DNA of 64,000 bases from Escherichia coli O157:H7 (GTDB lineage: Bacteria; Pseudomonadota; Gammaproteobacteria; Enterobacterales; Enterobacteriaceae), in the NCBI RefSeq assembly GCF_013167455.1, contig NZ_CP038328.1. The stretch is one strand, 5' to 3'. The first letter of the stretch is position 1, and each line of letters starts with the position of its first letter. This document shows, piece after piece, positions 1-11,105 of the stretch. A program made the position numbers and the translations under genes. A model generated the notes under the pieces. It made no database searches and was not told the DNA's origin. It was given only the letters and a program-made list of their open reading frames with translations.

Positions 1-226
1 GTTCTGGGGCTTTCTGTTCAGCTTTCGTATTTTTATGATGCTTTTTAGCCGCCTGCGCTTTCTGGGCAGGTGCTGCTTTATGCTGTTTTTTATGATGTGT
101 AGTTTTCGCCGGCGCTGCTTTGGTGGTCGTCGCAGTCGGAGCAGGTGTGGTCGCAGTCTCTGCAGCAAAGGCGGCAGAAGACAGACCCATAGCAGCGGCA
201 ACAACCAGAGCTAATACTTTTTTCAT
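1..226 (-). CDS. asr: Acid shock protein Asr, 5' portion (gene runs off the window start)
   Basis: Reverse-strand translation from ATG at 226 gives [23 protein letters not shown]... then [19 protein letters not shown] repeats typical of Asr. Confidence 0.85.
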   Translation of the reverse strand, partial: MKKVLALVVAAAMGLSSAAFAAETATTPAPTATTTKAAPAKTTHHKKQHKAAPAQKAQAAKKHHKNTKAEQKAPE

Positions 227-649
227 TGTCATACCCTCAATTTGTTTTTTCATTTAACCCCACTGCGGGGCCGTTGAAAGAACTATATCCCTGGGAATGG
301 CAGACTTCCGTGAGTGGTTGGTTTCAGCGTGTAACGATATGTACAAACGCTGAATAAATTACAGCGTTGATAATAACGTATTGTGACTTAAGGAAAATTT
401 AGCTACCAATAATAGTAGTCTTGATCGGGTTAACTATTTTACTACTTACAAAGCGGTAGAATAACTGCGCATCAGTAATAAATGACACACAGCAAAATGA
501 ATCCGTTTATTTGGGTACTTATAATCCTGATGACGCTAGACGCGCTGCGGGAATTGGCTGGCGCTTCGTCTATTTTAGGATGGCTATTAACGTTGGTTTG
601 AGCAGGCAATAAGTCCGGACGGGTATTTACCGCAGTCCGGACTTATTTT

Positions 650-1903
650 TCAGGCGTGCAGACGACGATGCAAACGCGTCCCGACCAGCAGAGCAATGAC
701 CAGCATCAGAGCAATAAATGCGCCGACGCCGTTCCAGCCATAGTTATGCCAGAAAACACCACCCAGCGTCCCGGCAATACTCGACCCCAGATAGTAACTG
801 AACAGATACAGCGAGGAGGCCTGGCCTTTAGCGCGTTTTGCGCGGGGGCCGATCCAGCTGCTGGCAACTGAGTGGGCTGCGAAGAATCCTGCTGAGAAGA
901 GTAACATTCCGGCAAAGATCAGCCACAGCGAGCTGAATAAGGTCATCAGTAAACCAAACAGCATAACCCCCGTCGAAAACAACATCACTGGACCACGCCC
1001 ATAGCGGGTGGTCATGGTTCCGGCTTTGGGTGAGCTCCATGTACCGGTCAAATAAGCCAGCGATAATAAGCCAACCACGGCCTGACTGACATGCCAGGGG
1101 GAGAGCATCAACCGATAGCCGATGTAATTAAACAGCGTGACGAACGACCCCATCAGCAAAAAGCCTTCTGCGAACAATAACGGTAATCCCCGGTCACGCC
1201 AGTGCAGACGAAAGTTGATAAACAACGACTTAGGTCGCAGCGAAGTCGGGCGAAAATGGCGTGATTCCGGGAGGATTTTCCAGAACATCAACGCCGAGGC
1301 TAGCGCGAAACAACCGATAGCCGCCAGAGCAATTCGCCAGTTGAAAAAGTCCGTGAAGACACCACTAATTAAGCGTCCGCTCATGCCGCCAATTGAGTTG
1401 CCGCTGATATACAACCCCATCGAAAAGGCCACGAAACTGGGGTGGATTTCCTCGCTAAGATAAGTCATGCCAACAGCTGCCACGCCACTTAACGAAAGCC
1501 CAATCAAGGCGCGCATAATCAAAATGCCGTGCCAGCTGGTCATCATTGTCGAAAGTAACGTACAAATGGAGGCCAATAGTAGCGCCGTTACCATCACTGG
1601 TTTGCGACCAATGGCATCGGATAGGGGGCCAGTAAACAGCAAACCAATAGCCAACATCGCCGTGGAAATGGACAGTGAAATACTACTGTTCGCGGGCGTT
1701 AAGCCAAACTCCTGCGAAAGCACCGGAAGGATAGGTTGCACACAATAGAGAAGTGCAAATGTTGCCAGTCCGGCAGAGAACAGCGCCAGGGTGACGCGCA
1801 TAAATTGCGGCGTACCGCGTTTAATAAATTGATTTGGCTGAGAAATGCTTTGCTTGTCAGTGTCGCTTGCCGGAGCGCCATCAACAGTTGTAGTACGGCT
1901 CAC
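650..1903 (-). CDS. ynfM: MFS-family inner membrane transporter YnfM
   Basis: 417-aa ORF, multi-TM hydrophobic profile; synteny asr-ynfM-ynfL-mlc as in E. coli K-12. Confidence 0.85.
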   Translation of the reverse strand: MSRTTTVDGAPASDTDKQSISQPNQFIKRGTPQFMRVTLALFSAGLATFALLYCVQPILPVLSQEFGLTPANSSISLSISTAMLAIGLLFTGPLSDAIGRKPVMVTALLLASICTLLSTMMTSWHGILIMRALIGLSLSGVAAVGMTYLSEEIHPSFVAFSMGLYISGNSIGGMSGRLISGVFTDFFNWRIALAAIGCFALASALMFWKILPESRHFRPTSLRPKSLFINFRLHWRDRGLPLLFAEGFLLMGSFVTLFNYIGYRLMLSPWHVSQAVVGLLSLAYLTGTWSSPKAGTMTTRYGRGPVMLFSTGVMLFGLLMTLFSSLWLIFAGMLLFSAGFFAAHSVASSWIGPRAKRAKGQASSLYLFSYYLGSSIAGTLGGVFWHNYGWNGVGAFIALMLVIALLVGTRLHRRLHA

Positions 1904-2009
1904 TTGAAATCCTTGCTAAATATGCCTGTGGATCAGGCTTATACATAGGTTAGGAAAATCGAATTGTTCTGTCTAATATATTAATAATCTCAAATAAGAT
2001 GTTTTAAAT

Positions 2010-2903
2010 ATGAATATTGAACTTCGTCATCTGCGTTACTTTGTTGCTGTTGCGGAAGAGCTGCATTTCGGGCGCGCCGCTGCCCGCCTGAATATTTCGC
2101 AACCGCCGCTAAGTCAGCAGATTCAGGCGCTGGAGCAACAAATTGGTGCCCGACTGCTGGCACGAACCAATCGCAGTGTATTGCTGACGGCAGCAGGAAA
2201 ACAGTTTCTTGCAGATAGTCGGCAAATCCTGTCTATGGTGGATGACGCTGCCGCTCGCGCTGAAAGACTGCATCAGGGTGAAGCGGGGGAGTTGCGCATT
2301 GGTTTTACTTCGTCGGCTCCTTTTATTCGGGCGGTGTCCGATACGTTATCGCTGTTTCGCCGAGATTATCCCGATGTCCATTTACAAACCCGCGAAATGA
2401 ACACTCGCGAGCAAATCGCTCCGCTCATTGAAGGAACGCTGGATATGGGATTGCTGCGTAACACAGCGTTACCGGAGACGCTTGAACACGCAGTCATCGT
2501 CCATGAACCGCTTATGGCGATGATCCCGCACGATCATCCCCTGGCAAATAACCCGAATGTAACGCTGGCTGAACTGGCGAAAGAACCCTTTGTCTTTTTT
2601 GATCCGCACGTCGGGACAGGGCTGTATGACGATATTCTCGGGCTGATGCGACGTTACCATTTGACGCCCGTCATCACTCAGGAGGTGGGCGAGGCAATGA
2701 CCATCATCGGTCTGGTTTCCGCCGGTCTGGGTGTTTCAATTTTGCCTGCGTCATTTAAACGTGTTCAGCTCAACGAAATGCGCTGGGTGCCGATTGCTGA
2801 AGAGGATGCGGTTTCTGAAATGTGGTTGGTCTGGCCGAAACATCATGAACAAAGTCCAGCTGCGCGTAACTTTCGTATTCATCTGCTGAATGCTCTCAGG
2901 TGA
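2010..2903 (+). CDS. ynfL: LysR-family transcriptional regulator YnfL
   Basis: 297 aa with N-terminal LysR HTH (MNIELRHLRYFVAVAEELHFGRAA...); divergent from ynfM. Confidence 0.85.
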   Translation: MNIELRHLRYFVAVAEELHFGRAAARLNISQPPLSQQIQALEQQIGARLLARTNRSVLLTAAGKQFLADSRQILSMVDDAAARAERLHQGEAGELRIGFTSSAPFIRAVSDTLSLFRRDYPDVHLQTREMNTREQIAPLIEGTLDMGLLRNTALPETLEHAVIVHEPLMAMIPHDHPLANNPNVTLAELAKEPFVFFDPHVGTGLYDDILGLMRRYHLTPVITQEVGEAMTIIGLVSAGLGVSILPASFKRVQLNEMRWVPIAEEDAVSEMWLVWPKHHEQSPAARNFRIHLLNALR

Positions 2904-3037
2904 GGGAAATTTCAGCGAAAAAGCCCGAAAAATGTGCTGTTAATCACATGCCTAAGTAAAAATTTGACGACACGTATTGAAGTGCTTCACCATAGCCTAC
3001 AGATTATTTCGGAGCGCGAAAATATAGGGAGTATGCG

Positions 3038-4258
3038 GTGGTTGCTGAAAACCAGCCTGGGCACATTGATCAAATAAAGCAGACCAACGCGGGCGCGGTT
3101 TATCGCCTGATTGATCAGCTTGGTCCAGTCTCGCGTATCGATCTTTCCCGTCTGGCGCAGCTGGCTCCTGCCAGTATCACTAAAATTGTCCGTGAGATGC
3201 TCGAAGCACACCTGGTGCAAGAGCTGGAAATCAAAGAAGCGGGGAACCGTGGCCGTCCGGCGGTGGGGCTGGTGGTTGAAACTGAAGCCTGGCACTATCT
3301 TTCTCTGCGCATTAGTCGCGGGGAGATTTTCCTTGCTCTGCGCGATCTGAGCAGCAAACTGGTGGTGGAAGAGTCGCAGGAACTGGCGTTAAAAGATGAC
3401 TCGCCATTGCTGGATCGTATCATTTCCCATATCGATCAGTTTTTTATCCGCCACCAGAAAAAACTTGAGCGTCTAACTTCGATTGCCATAACCCTGCCGG
3501 GAATTATTGATACGGAAAATGGCATTGTACATCGCATGCCGTTCTACGAGGATGTAAAAGAGATGCCGCTCGGCGAGGCTCTGGAGCAGCATACCGGCGT
3601 TCCGGTTTATATTCAGCATGATATCAGCGCATGGACGATGGCAGAGGCCTTGTTTGGTGCCTCACGCGGGGCGCGCGATGTGATTCAGGTGGTTATCGAT
3701 CACAACGTGGGGGCGGGCGTCATTACCGATGGTCATCTGCTACACGCAGGCAGCAGTAGCCTCGTGGAAATAGGTCACACACAGGTAGACCCATATGGTA
3801 AACGCTGTTATTGCGGGAACCACGGCTGCCTCGAAACCATCGCCAGTGTGGACAGTATTCTTGAGCTGGCACAGCTGCGTCTCAATCAATCCATGAGCTC
3901 GATGTTACATGGGCAACCGTTAACCGTGGACTCATTGTGTCAGGCGGCATTGCGCGGCGATCTGCTGGCAAAAGACATCATTACCGGGGTGGGCGCGCAT
4001 GTAGGACGCATTCTTGCCATCATGGTGAATTTATTTAACCCACAAAAAATACTGATTGGCTCACCGTTAAGTAAAGCGGCAGATATCCTCTTCCCGGTCA
4101 TCTCAGATAGCATCCGTCAGCAGGCCCTTCCTGCGTATAGTCAGCACATTAGCGTTGAGAGTACTCAGTTTTCTAACCAGGGCACGATGGCAGGGGCTGC
4201 GCTGGTAAAAGACGCGATGTATAACGGTTCTTTGTTGATTCGTCTGTTGCAGGGTTAA
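3038..4258 (+). CDS. mlc: Mlc (DgsA), ROK/NagC-family global repressor of PTS genes
   Basis: 406-aa ORF beginning MVAENQPGHIDQIKQTNAGAVYRLIDQ..., matching recalled Mlc; C-terminal zinc motif CYCGNHGCLE. Confidence 0.9.
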   Translation: MVAENQPGHIDQIKQTNAGAVYRLIDQLGPVSRIDLSRLAQLAPASITKIVREMLEAHLVQELEIKEAGNRGRPAVGLVVETEAWHYLSLRISRGEIFLALRDLSSKLVVEESQELALKDDSPLLDRIISHIDQFFIRHQKKLERLTSIAITLPGIIDTENGIVHRMPFYEDVKEMPLGEALEQHTGVPVYIQHDISAWTMAEALFGASRGARDVIQVVIDHNVGAGVITDGHLLHAGSSSLVEIGHTQVDPYGKRCYCGNHGCLETIASVDSILELAQLRLNQSMSSMLHGQPLTVDSLCQAALRGDLLAKDIITGVGAHVGRILAIMVNLFNPQKILIGSPLSKAADILFPVISDSIRQQALPAYSQHISVESTQFSNQGTMAGAALVKDAMYNGSLLIRLLQG

Positions 4259-4382
4259 CATTTTTTAACTGTTCTACCAAAATTTGCGCTATCTCAATTT
4301 GGGCCAGGAAAGCATAACTTAGACTTTCAAGGTTAATTATTTTCCTGGTTTATATTTGTGAAGCATAACGGTGGAGTTAGTG

Positions 4383-5078
4383 ATGCTGAAGCGTTTCTTT
4401 ATTACCGGTACAGACACTTCTGTAGGGAAAACGGTGGTTTCCCGCGCATTGCTACAAGCGTTAGCCTCCCAGGGAAAAACGGTTGCGGGATATAAACCCG
4501 TAGCGAAGGGGAGCAAAGAGACACCCGAAGGGCTGCGTAATAAAGATGCCCTGGTGTTGCAGAGTGTTTCAACCATCGAACTGCCTTATGAAGCAGTTAA
4601 TCCTATCGCGTTAAGCGAAGAAGAAAGTAGCGTGGCGCACAGTTGCCCAATCAATTACACCCTCATTTCAAACGGCCTGGCAAACCTGACCGAAAAAGTC
4701 GATCATGTCGTGGTAGAAGGGACTGGCGGCTGGCGTAGTCTGATGAATGATTTGCGTCCACTCTCTGAATGGGTGGTGCAGGAACAACTGCCGGTGTTGA
4801 TGGTTGTCGGTATTCAGGAAGGTTGCATTAACCATGCACTGCTAACAGCTCAGGCGATTGCCAACGACGGGCTGCCGCTCATTGGCTGGGTGGCTAACCG
4901 AATCAACCCAGGACTGGCGCATTATGCGGAAATCATTGATGTGCTCGGTAAAAAACTTCCGGCACCGCTCATTGGTGAACTGCCTTATCTGCCGCGCGCC
5001 GAACAGCGTGAACTGGGGCAATACATCCGCTTAGCTATGCTGCGCAGTGTGCTGGCGGTAGATAGAGTCACGGTGTAA
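4383..5078 (+). CDS. ynfK: Dethiobiotin synthetase paralog YnfK (BioD-like)
   Basis: [21 protein letters not shown]-loop N-terminus; position between mlc and clcB. Confidence 0.8.
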
Positions 5079-6287
5079 CGTCCGCGAGATTACCGACGCA
5101 ATTACGCAGGCAATCAATAAACCGGGGAGTAGCTGATACTCCCCGGTCATTTCACATATCATCAACGTCGACATAATCGGCGCGTGCGTGGTTGCCGCCA
5201 ACAGTGTCGCCATCCCGGTCAATCCGAGTAAAAGCGTAATTTCTTCGCCATCAGGGAACCATAATCCCAGACTACGACCATACAACATGCCAATGGCAAG
5301 ACCGATAAATAGCGTCGGTGTAAAGACACCACCGGGTGCGCCGGAACCGCTACTCGCCAGCACGGCACACAGTTTACAAAGGAAGATCCCGGCAATGATC
5401 ATTAACAGTGGCGGGGCGGTTAAAAAGGATTGTACGGTGCTATAGCCGTTGCCCCACACTGCAGGTGTGAACAGGGAAAGCAGACCCACGATCAACCCGC
5501 CTAGTGCCAGTTGCCAGGGCGGCGCAAGTTTGAGACTCACAAATCCACGATGACAGGCGTTCATTAACGTTAACAACAGTGGTCCGCACAGACCTGCCAG
5601 CACACCTGTACTGATAATCAGCGCATAGTCACGAGCCTGAACCGTCACTGAGAGTTGTACGCTGTAGAGTAACGCGTCGCTATGATTAATCAGATTGCTA
5701 ACCAGCAATGCCACGACGGCGGAAATAATCACCGGGCCGAGAGAGGCCAACATCATAGTGCCAAACAGCACTTCGGCTATAAATAAACTGCCAGCAAGCG
5801 GGGCACGATAGGCCGCAGCCATTCCCGCCGCGGCCCCACAGGCGATCCATAATTTCCACTCCTGGCGTGGCGTAAAACGTTGGGCAAAACAGGAGGCGGC
5901 AAGGGCAGCTAAAAGAATCATCGCACCTTCGCGACCAATTGCACTGCCGCTGGTTACTACCAGCAGAGAGGCAAGCGATTTAACCAGGCTTGCTGCGTAA
6001 TCAAACTGACCATCGGTTTGCAACGCTTCCATGTAATCGGTCGGCGCATGAGGGCGTTGCTGGGTAAATTTCTGCCAGCCCATCAACAACAAACCCGCCG
6101 CCAGTCCGCCGAGCGCCGGAGTTAGCAGCCGTCGCCAGGGGGAAAGGTTTGTCGCTGCATTGACCAGACTGCCGGAGTCATTATTGAGGAACAACCACTC
6201 CAGTAGCAGCATCGCATGACGAAACCCGGCAACGGCAAAGGCCGCGAGAATACCGACGACTGTTGCGATAAGCAGACGGCGGAACAT
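5031..6287 (-). CDS. clcB: ClC-type voltage-gated chloride channel ClcB
   Basis: Polytopic membrane protein with GREG/GSGAPGG ClC motifs; likely start [17 protein letters not shown] inside the longer six-frame ORF. Confidence 0.85.
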   Translation of the reverse strand: MFRRLLIATVVGILAAFAVAGFRHAMLLLEWLFLNNDSGSLVNAATNLSPWRRLLTPALGGLAAGLLLMGWQKFTQQRPHAPTDYMEALQTDGQFDYAASLVKSLASLLVVTSGSAIGREGAMILLAALAASCFAQRFTPRQEWKLWIACGAAAGMAAAYRAPLAGSLFIAEVLFGTMMLASLGPVIISAVVALLVSNLINHSDALLYSVQLSVTVQARDYALIISTGVLAGLCGPLLLTLMNACHRGFVSLKLAPPWQLALGGLIVGLLSLFTPAVWGNGYSTVQSFLTAPPLLMIIAGIFLCKLCAVLASSGSGAPGGVFTPTLFIGLAIGMLYGRSLGLWFPDGEEITLLLGLTGMATLLAATTHAPIMSTLMICEMTGEYQLLPGLLIACVIASVISRTLHRDSIYRQHTAQHS

Positions 6288-6480
6288 AGTGCGCAGATCC
6301 GGATAGGTGTGTAGATGATGCATGAGCAGAAATGGGCAATGAAACACGGGCGACTATTTTGCGGCAAAAGAGGCCAGCTGCAAAAGCAGTGCGTGCTTTA
6401 AGAGACAAAAAACGTGACACTGTAACGTATTGTTGCCGAATCGCGCGTAATCGTCACCATCCGGCAATATTACGGTGATC

Positions 6481-7095
6481 CTATCGAAAGAGTGGTTTAA
6501 CCGCGACAGGAATTAACAGTTGTGATTGCCATTGCGCCAGCGTTAAGCGAGCCAGTTCACCCAGTGCACGGTAGAAAGGGTGTTCTGCTTTTTCGATAAA
6601 AACGTCAAGAAAACGTGTTGACCAGGGAAAAAGGTGCCATGCCAGCAATTCTTCGCATTCTGTCTGGCGACCATTCTCCGCCAACCACGCAGCCATCAAC
6701 AGCAGTGAACCAAAATGATCTTCCGGTTCGTTTTGCTTCATTTCAAACTGAATGCCTTTCTCGCGCATCCACTGACGAAGTGCCAATGTTGAATCGCCAA
6801 ACAGCACAGATTCGCGATCCAGCCAGACCGACCCCCACGGCGGAGACGGCAGTGCCCACGGGCCGACAAACAAACGCTGCCAGGCCTGGGCGTGAGTCTC
6901 TTCACACTGTGTCTGAAAAGCCGTCACCAGCGGCGCTAATGACGCTTCTGGTAGAGGCCACTGAGTTTCCCAGCCGTCACTGGTGAGTACCGCAACCAGA
7001 GGTGCGGCTTCAGCACTCTCTGGAGCGTAATAAAACAGCGCGCCCAACACGCGCGCCGCGACAGAAAAATTATCTTGCTGTGAAAAATGGGTCAT
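6481..7095 (-). CDS. dmsD: Tat proofreading chaperone DmsD
   Basis: MTHFSQQDNFSVAARVLGALFYYAPESAEA... matches DmsD; sits downstream of the ynfEFGH operon. Confidence 0.85.
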   Translation of the reverse strand: MTHFSQQDNFSVAARVLGALFYYAPESAEAAPLVAVLTSDGWETQWPLPEASLAPLVTAFQTQCEETHAQAWQRLFVGPWALPSPPWGSVWLDRESVLFGDSTLALRQWMREKGIQFEMKQNEPEDHFGSLLLMAAWLAENGRQTECEELLAWHLFPWSTRFLDVFIEKAEHPFYRALGELARLTLAQWQSQLLIPVAVKPLFR

Positions 7096-7137
7096 TCCTA
7101 ACATCCTGAAATGTGCGGGTTGCCCCGCACCAATTTG

Positions 7138-7992
7138 TTAACCTGCAATAGCCATTCCTACCGTCATGTGCAGGCCATAAAAGAGCACACGCCCGATCAT
7201 CTCACCGCCAAGAATGAGGATTAACCCCAGAATAAGTCCGGCAACGTGAGGTTCACGGCGACGTATGAGCGGACAAAGCCAGCATCCTAGACCTGCGCAT
7301 AACAATACCACACGCCAGACCTGTAAGGAGGCGTAATCTGGTACCAGTGCGCTGGCTTGTTGCACGGATGAGTGAATAGACGACAGAGACAAACCTTGCA
7401 GCACAATCACCCCGGCGCAAGCGATCAGCGCCAGAACGCTAATGATGGCAAATGGTGTGGTATTAAATGTAACGCGGGCTGCCCGCAGAATTGCGGCAGC
7501 AAGTATTGGACCACTCAACAATACCGTCACGAAGAAAGCCAGCGTAGTGTAACCGTTATGCCAGGTTGGCACAGTGTCGATTTGATACACGCAGGTCATC
7601 ATCCAGACGAAAATGACGCCGAGCGCCATGCTGACAAGTAACCAGAGTTTCCCCAACGCTTGCGGCATTTTACCGATGACCGCCACCAGCCACCATAGTC
7701 CGCCAACGGCAAAAAATATGGAACCGGCAGCAATCTCGTTACTCAGACCAGAAGCTCCGATTCGATTCAGCGAGTTAAACGCCCGCAGTGGCGATCCCAG
7801 GTGCATGACAGAGGCAATAAACCCGATGCCCATCAACAGCCAGAGGAAAAACATGCCACGAACAATGTGCTGACGGTCTGCGTCAGTTTTGGCGGCGAAC
7901 CAGCCAATTCCGCTAACAATCAGCGCGCCTACTACGCATTGACCCAATACGGTAAAGATAACCAGTGGCCATTCATGCCATCCATTTCCCAT
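7138..7992 (-). CDS. ynfH: DMSO-reductase-type membrane anchor subunit YnfH (DmsC paralog)
   Basis: Hydrophobic about 285-aa protein starting MGNGWHEWPLVIFTVLGQ; start overlaps the ynfG stop. Confidence 0.85.
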   Translation of the reverse strand: MGNGWHEWPLVIFTVLGQCVVGALIVSGIGWFAAKTDADRQHIVRGMFFLWLLMGIGFIASVMHLGSPLRAFNSLNRIGASGLSNEIAAGSIFFAVGGLWWLVAVIGKMPQALGKLWLLVSMALGVIFVWMMTCVYQIDTVPTWHNGYTTLAFFVTVLLSGPILAAAILRAARVTFNTTPFAIISVLALIACAGVIVLQGLSLSSIHSSVQQASALVPDYASLQVWRVVLLCAGLGCWLCPLIRRREPHVAGLILGLILILGGEMIGRVLFYGLHMTVGMAIAG

Positions 7993-7993
7993 T

Positions 7994-8611
7994 TTACACT
8001 TCCTCCGGATTAGCCAGATAACCAGTGGTATCGCCGGTCGGGCGGCTGTTGGCGTTAGGTTTGATAACGATATTGGGTTTTGTGAAATGCGCGCGCGGCA
8101 GTGGCGCGACGGCAGCAAGAGTGCCGTGCTTCTGGCGCAGCTCTTCAATTGGACCGAACTCAAGTGCACGCAGCGGGCAGGATTCGACACATATGGGTTG
8201 TTTCCCCTCGGCGACGCGCGAATAACAACCATCGCACTTCGTCATGTGCCCTTTTTCAGCATTGTACTGTGGCGCGCCGTACGGACAAGCCATGTGGCAG
8301 TAGCGGCAGCCGATACAAACATCTTCATCAACCACCACAAAGCCATCTTCACGCTTATGCATTGCGCCGCTGGGGCAGACTTTTGTACATGCGGGGTCAT
8401 CGCAATGGTTACAGGAGATGGAGAGATAATAAGCGAACACGTTCTGGTGCCAGACGCCATTATCTTCCTGCCAGTCGCCGCCAGCATATTCATAAATACG
8501 GCGGAAACTGACTTCCGGGCCAAGATCTTTAAAATCTTTGCACGCCAGTTCGCAGGTTTTACAGCCAGTACAGCGGCTGGAATCGATAAAAAATCCATAT
8601 TGTGTGGTCAT
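7994..8611 (-). CDS. ynfG: Iron-sulfur (4x[4Fe-4S]) subunit YnfG (DmsB paralog)
   Basis: 205 aa with four CxxCxxCxxxC(P) ferredoxin motifs. Confidence 0.9.
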   Translation of the reverse strand: MTTQYGFFIDSSRCTGCKTCELACKDFKDLGPEVSFRRIYEYAGGDWQEDNGVWHQNVFAYYLSISCNHCDDPACTKVCPSGAMHKREDGFVVVDEDVCIGCRYCHMACPYGAPQYNAEKGHMTKCDGCYSRVAEGKQPICVESCPLRALEFGPIEELRQKHGTLAAVAPLPRAHFTKPNIVIKPNANSRPTGDTTGYLANPEEV

Positions 8612-8621
8612 GGGCTACTCC

Positions 8622-11048
8622 TTAAACCTTTTCGATCTGGACAAGATTGCTGTGCGACGGGTTTCCCTTTGCCAGCGGTGAAGGGCGGTGAGAGGTCAGA
8701 ATATTGATACTGCCGCCGTGATCGACCCGGTCACCAAACATATCCGCTTTAAGCCACGCACCTTGCCCGATGGCGGTAACGCCAGGCAGAATACGCGGAG
8801 TCACTTTTGCGGCAATCAGCATTTCTCCATTATTGTTAAATACCCGCACGGTATCGCCATGACGGATACCGCGAGCCTGAGCATCAATGGGGTTGATCCA
8901 CACCTCTTGTGGGCAGGCCTGCTGTAACACATCAATATTGCCGTAGCTGGAGTGGGTACGCGCTTTGTAGTGGAAGCCCGTTAACTGCAGTGGATAGGTT
9001 TTCCGCAGGGGATCGTCCCAGCCATCAAAACCTGGGGTATACGCAGGAAGGGGATGAATAATTTCATCTTTTTTCAATTCCCAGGTATCTGCAATCTTCG
9101 CCAGTCGTTCAGAATAAATTTCGATTTTCCCCGAAGGTGTTTTCAACGGGTTTGCCTGTGGATCTTCACGGAATGCGCGGAAAGCGACGTAGTGTTCTTC
9201 CGGGCATTTTTTCTTAAAGATCCCGGTCGTTTTCATCTCCTCGTAGTCGGGCATCTCAGGGTTACGTTCCTTCGTTTTCGCATGGAGATATTTGATCCAT
9301 TCATGCTGACTGCGACCTTCAGTAAAGGTTTGATAAACGTCCGGTCCTAAGCGTTTGGCGACTTCACTCAGCATCCAGTAGATGGGTTTGCGTTCAAATT
9401 TTGCTGAGGTTGCGGGTTGGGCGAGGATCACATAGCCCATATTCCCTGCAGATTCATGAGAGATAAGGTCTTCTTGCTCTGTTGGCATCAGGTCGGGCAA
9501 CAGGATATCGCAATACTTAGCCGAGGCCGTCATGAAGTGGTCAATGCCAACAATCATCTCGCACTTGCTGTCATCCTGAAGCACCTCATTGGTGTGATTG
9601 ATGTCGCCATGTTGATTGATCAATGTGTTACTGGCGTAGCACCATAAAAACTTGATGGGGACATCCAGTTTTTCTTTTCCACGAACACCATCACGGGTCG
9701 CGGTCATTTCCGTACCATGGTCGATGGCATCTGTCCATGTAAAGACGGAAATCTGCGTTTTAACAGGATTCTCGAGCATCGGGAACCATTCTACCCCCAG
9801 ATCCCAGCTACCTTCGCGTACACCTGAGTTGCCGCCGTTTATGCCGACGTTACCGGTGAGAACGGAAAGCATGGCAATAGCGCGGGATGTTTGCTCGCCG
9901 TTGGAATGTCGTTGTGGCCCCCAACCCTGACAAATATAAGCAGGTTTTGCTGAACCGATCTCTCGTGCCAACTGGATAATTTTTTCTGCCGGGATGCTGG
10001 TGATTTTTGCTGCCCATTCCGGCGTTTTAGCTATGCCGTCAGGCCCTTCGCCCAGAATATAGGCTTTATAATGCGCGTTACGTGGTGCGTTGGCGGGCAG
10101 CGTTTTTTCATCGTAACCAACACAATATTTGTCGAGAAATGGCTGATCGACCATGTTTTCACTAATCAGTACCCAGGCAATCGCACAGGCCAGTGCGCCA
10201 TCGGTGCCAGGGCGAATGGGCAGCCATTCATCTTCACGCCCGGCAGCTGTGTCGTTATAACGTGGATCGATGACGATCATGCGTGCGTTTGAACGTTCGC
10301 GGGCTTGCTCGACGTAGTAAGTGACACCACCACCGCTCATCCGCGTTTCTGCCGGGTTATTTCCGAACATAACGACCAGTTTCGTATTGGCGATATCATC
10401 CGGGCTGTTGCCATCATTGGCACCGAACATATAACTCATTGCGGCACTGATCTGTGCGGTACTGTAGCTGCCATAGCGACTGAGAAAACCACCGCAAGAG
10501 TTCATCAGACGGTACGGGACGTTTGAGTTGGTGATGTTTCCGCCATCTACGCCTGTTCCGTACAGGACATGTACAGCCTCATTGCCGTAATCTTTCAGGA
10601 TCCGCCGAAGATTATCACTGATGGTATCCAGGGCTTCGTCCCAACTTATCCGTTCAAATTTACCTTCACCGCGCTTGCCGACGCGCTTCATGGGATATTT
10701 CAACCTATCAGGATGATTCATCCGTCGGCGGATAGAGCGCCCGCGTAAACACGCACGAACCTGATGATTACCGTAGACGTCGTCACCTGTCGTATCAGAC
10801 TCCACCCAGTACACGGTGTCATCTTTCACATGCAAACGTAACAGACAGCGGCTCCCGCAGTTAACGGTGCAGGAACTCCAGACCGCTTTCTCTTCTACCG
10901 GTGCCTCTGCCGCTCGGACCATTTGGGAAAATGGCAGAGTGAAAGCACTGCTTGCCAGCGCAAGACTGCCAAGTGCGGAGGTTTTCATCAGACTTCTACG
11001 GCTGATTTCAGCCTTCATGAGCGCCTCTGTGGTATGGATTTTCATCAT
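8622..11048 (-). CDS. ynfF: Tat-dependent molybdopterin oxidoreductase catalytic subunit YnfF (DmsA paralog)
   Basis: 808 aa with twin-arginine signal (SRRSLMKTSALGSLALA) and molybdopterin-enzyme motifs; close paralog of the adjacent ynfE; exact start (first or second Met) uncertain. Confidence 0.9.
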   Translation of the reverse strand: MMKIHTTEALMKAEISRRSLMKTSALGSLALASSAFTLPFSQMVRAAEAPVEEKAVWSSCTVNCGSRCLLRLHVKDDTVYWVESDTTGDDVYGNHQVRACLRGRSIRRRMNHPDRLKYPMKRVGKRGEGKFERISWDEALDTISDNLRRILKDYGNEAVHVLYGTGVDGGNITNSNVPYRLMNSCGGFLSRYGSYSTAQISAAMSYMFGANDGNSPDDIANTKLVVMFGNNPAETRMSGGGVTYYVEQARERSNARMIVIDPRYNDTAAGREDEWLPIRPGTDGALACAIAWVLISENMVDQPFLDKYCVGYDEKTLPANAPRNAHYKAYILGEGPDGIAKTPEWAAKITSIPAEKIIQLAREIGSAKPAYICQGWGPQRHSNGEQTSRAIAMLSVLTGNVGINGGNSGVREGSWDLGVEWFPMLENPVKTQISVFTWTDAIDHGTEMTATRDGVRGKEKLDVPIKFLWCYASNTLINQHGDINHTNEVLQDDSKCEMIVGIDHFMTASAKYCDILLPDLMPTEQEDLISHESAGNMGYVILAQPATSAKFERKPIYWMLSEVAKRLGPDVYQTFTEGRSQHEWIKYLHAKTKERNPEMPDYEEMKTTGIFKKKCPEEHYVAFRAFREDPQANPLKTPSGKIEIYSERLAKIADTWELKKDEIIHPLPAYTPGFDGWDDPLRKTYPLQLTGFHYKARTHSSYGNIDVLQQACPQEVWINPIDAQARGIRHGDTVRVFNNNGEMLIAAKVTPRILPGVTAIGQGAWLKADMFGDRVDHGGSINILTSHRPSPLAKGNPSHSNLVQIEKV

Positions 11049-11105
11049 TACTCACTTATTGCTTTTCAAACAAAATGTCATGCCAGAATTTATGGTTGTA
11101 GTGGG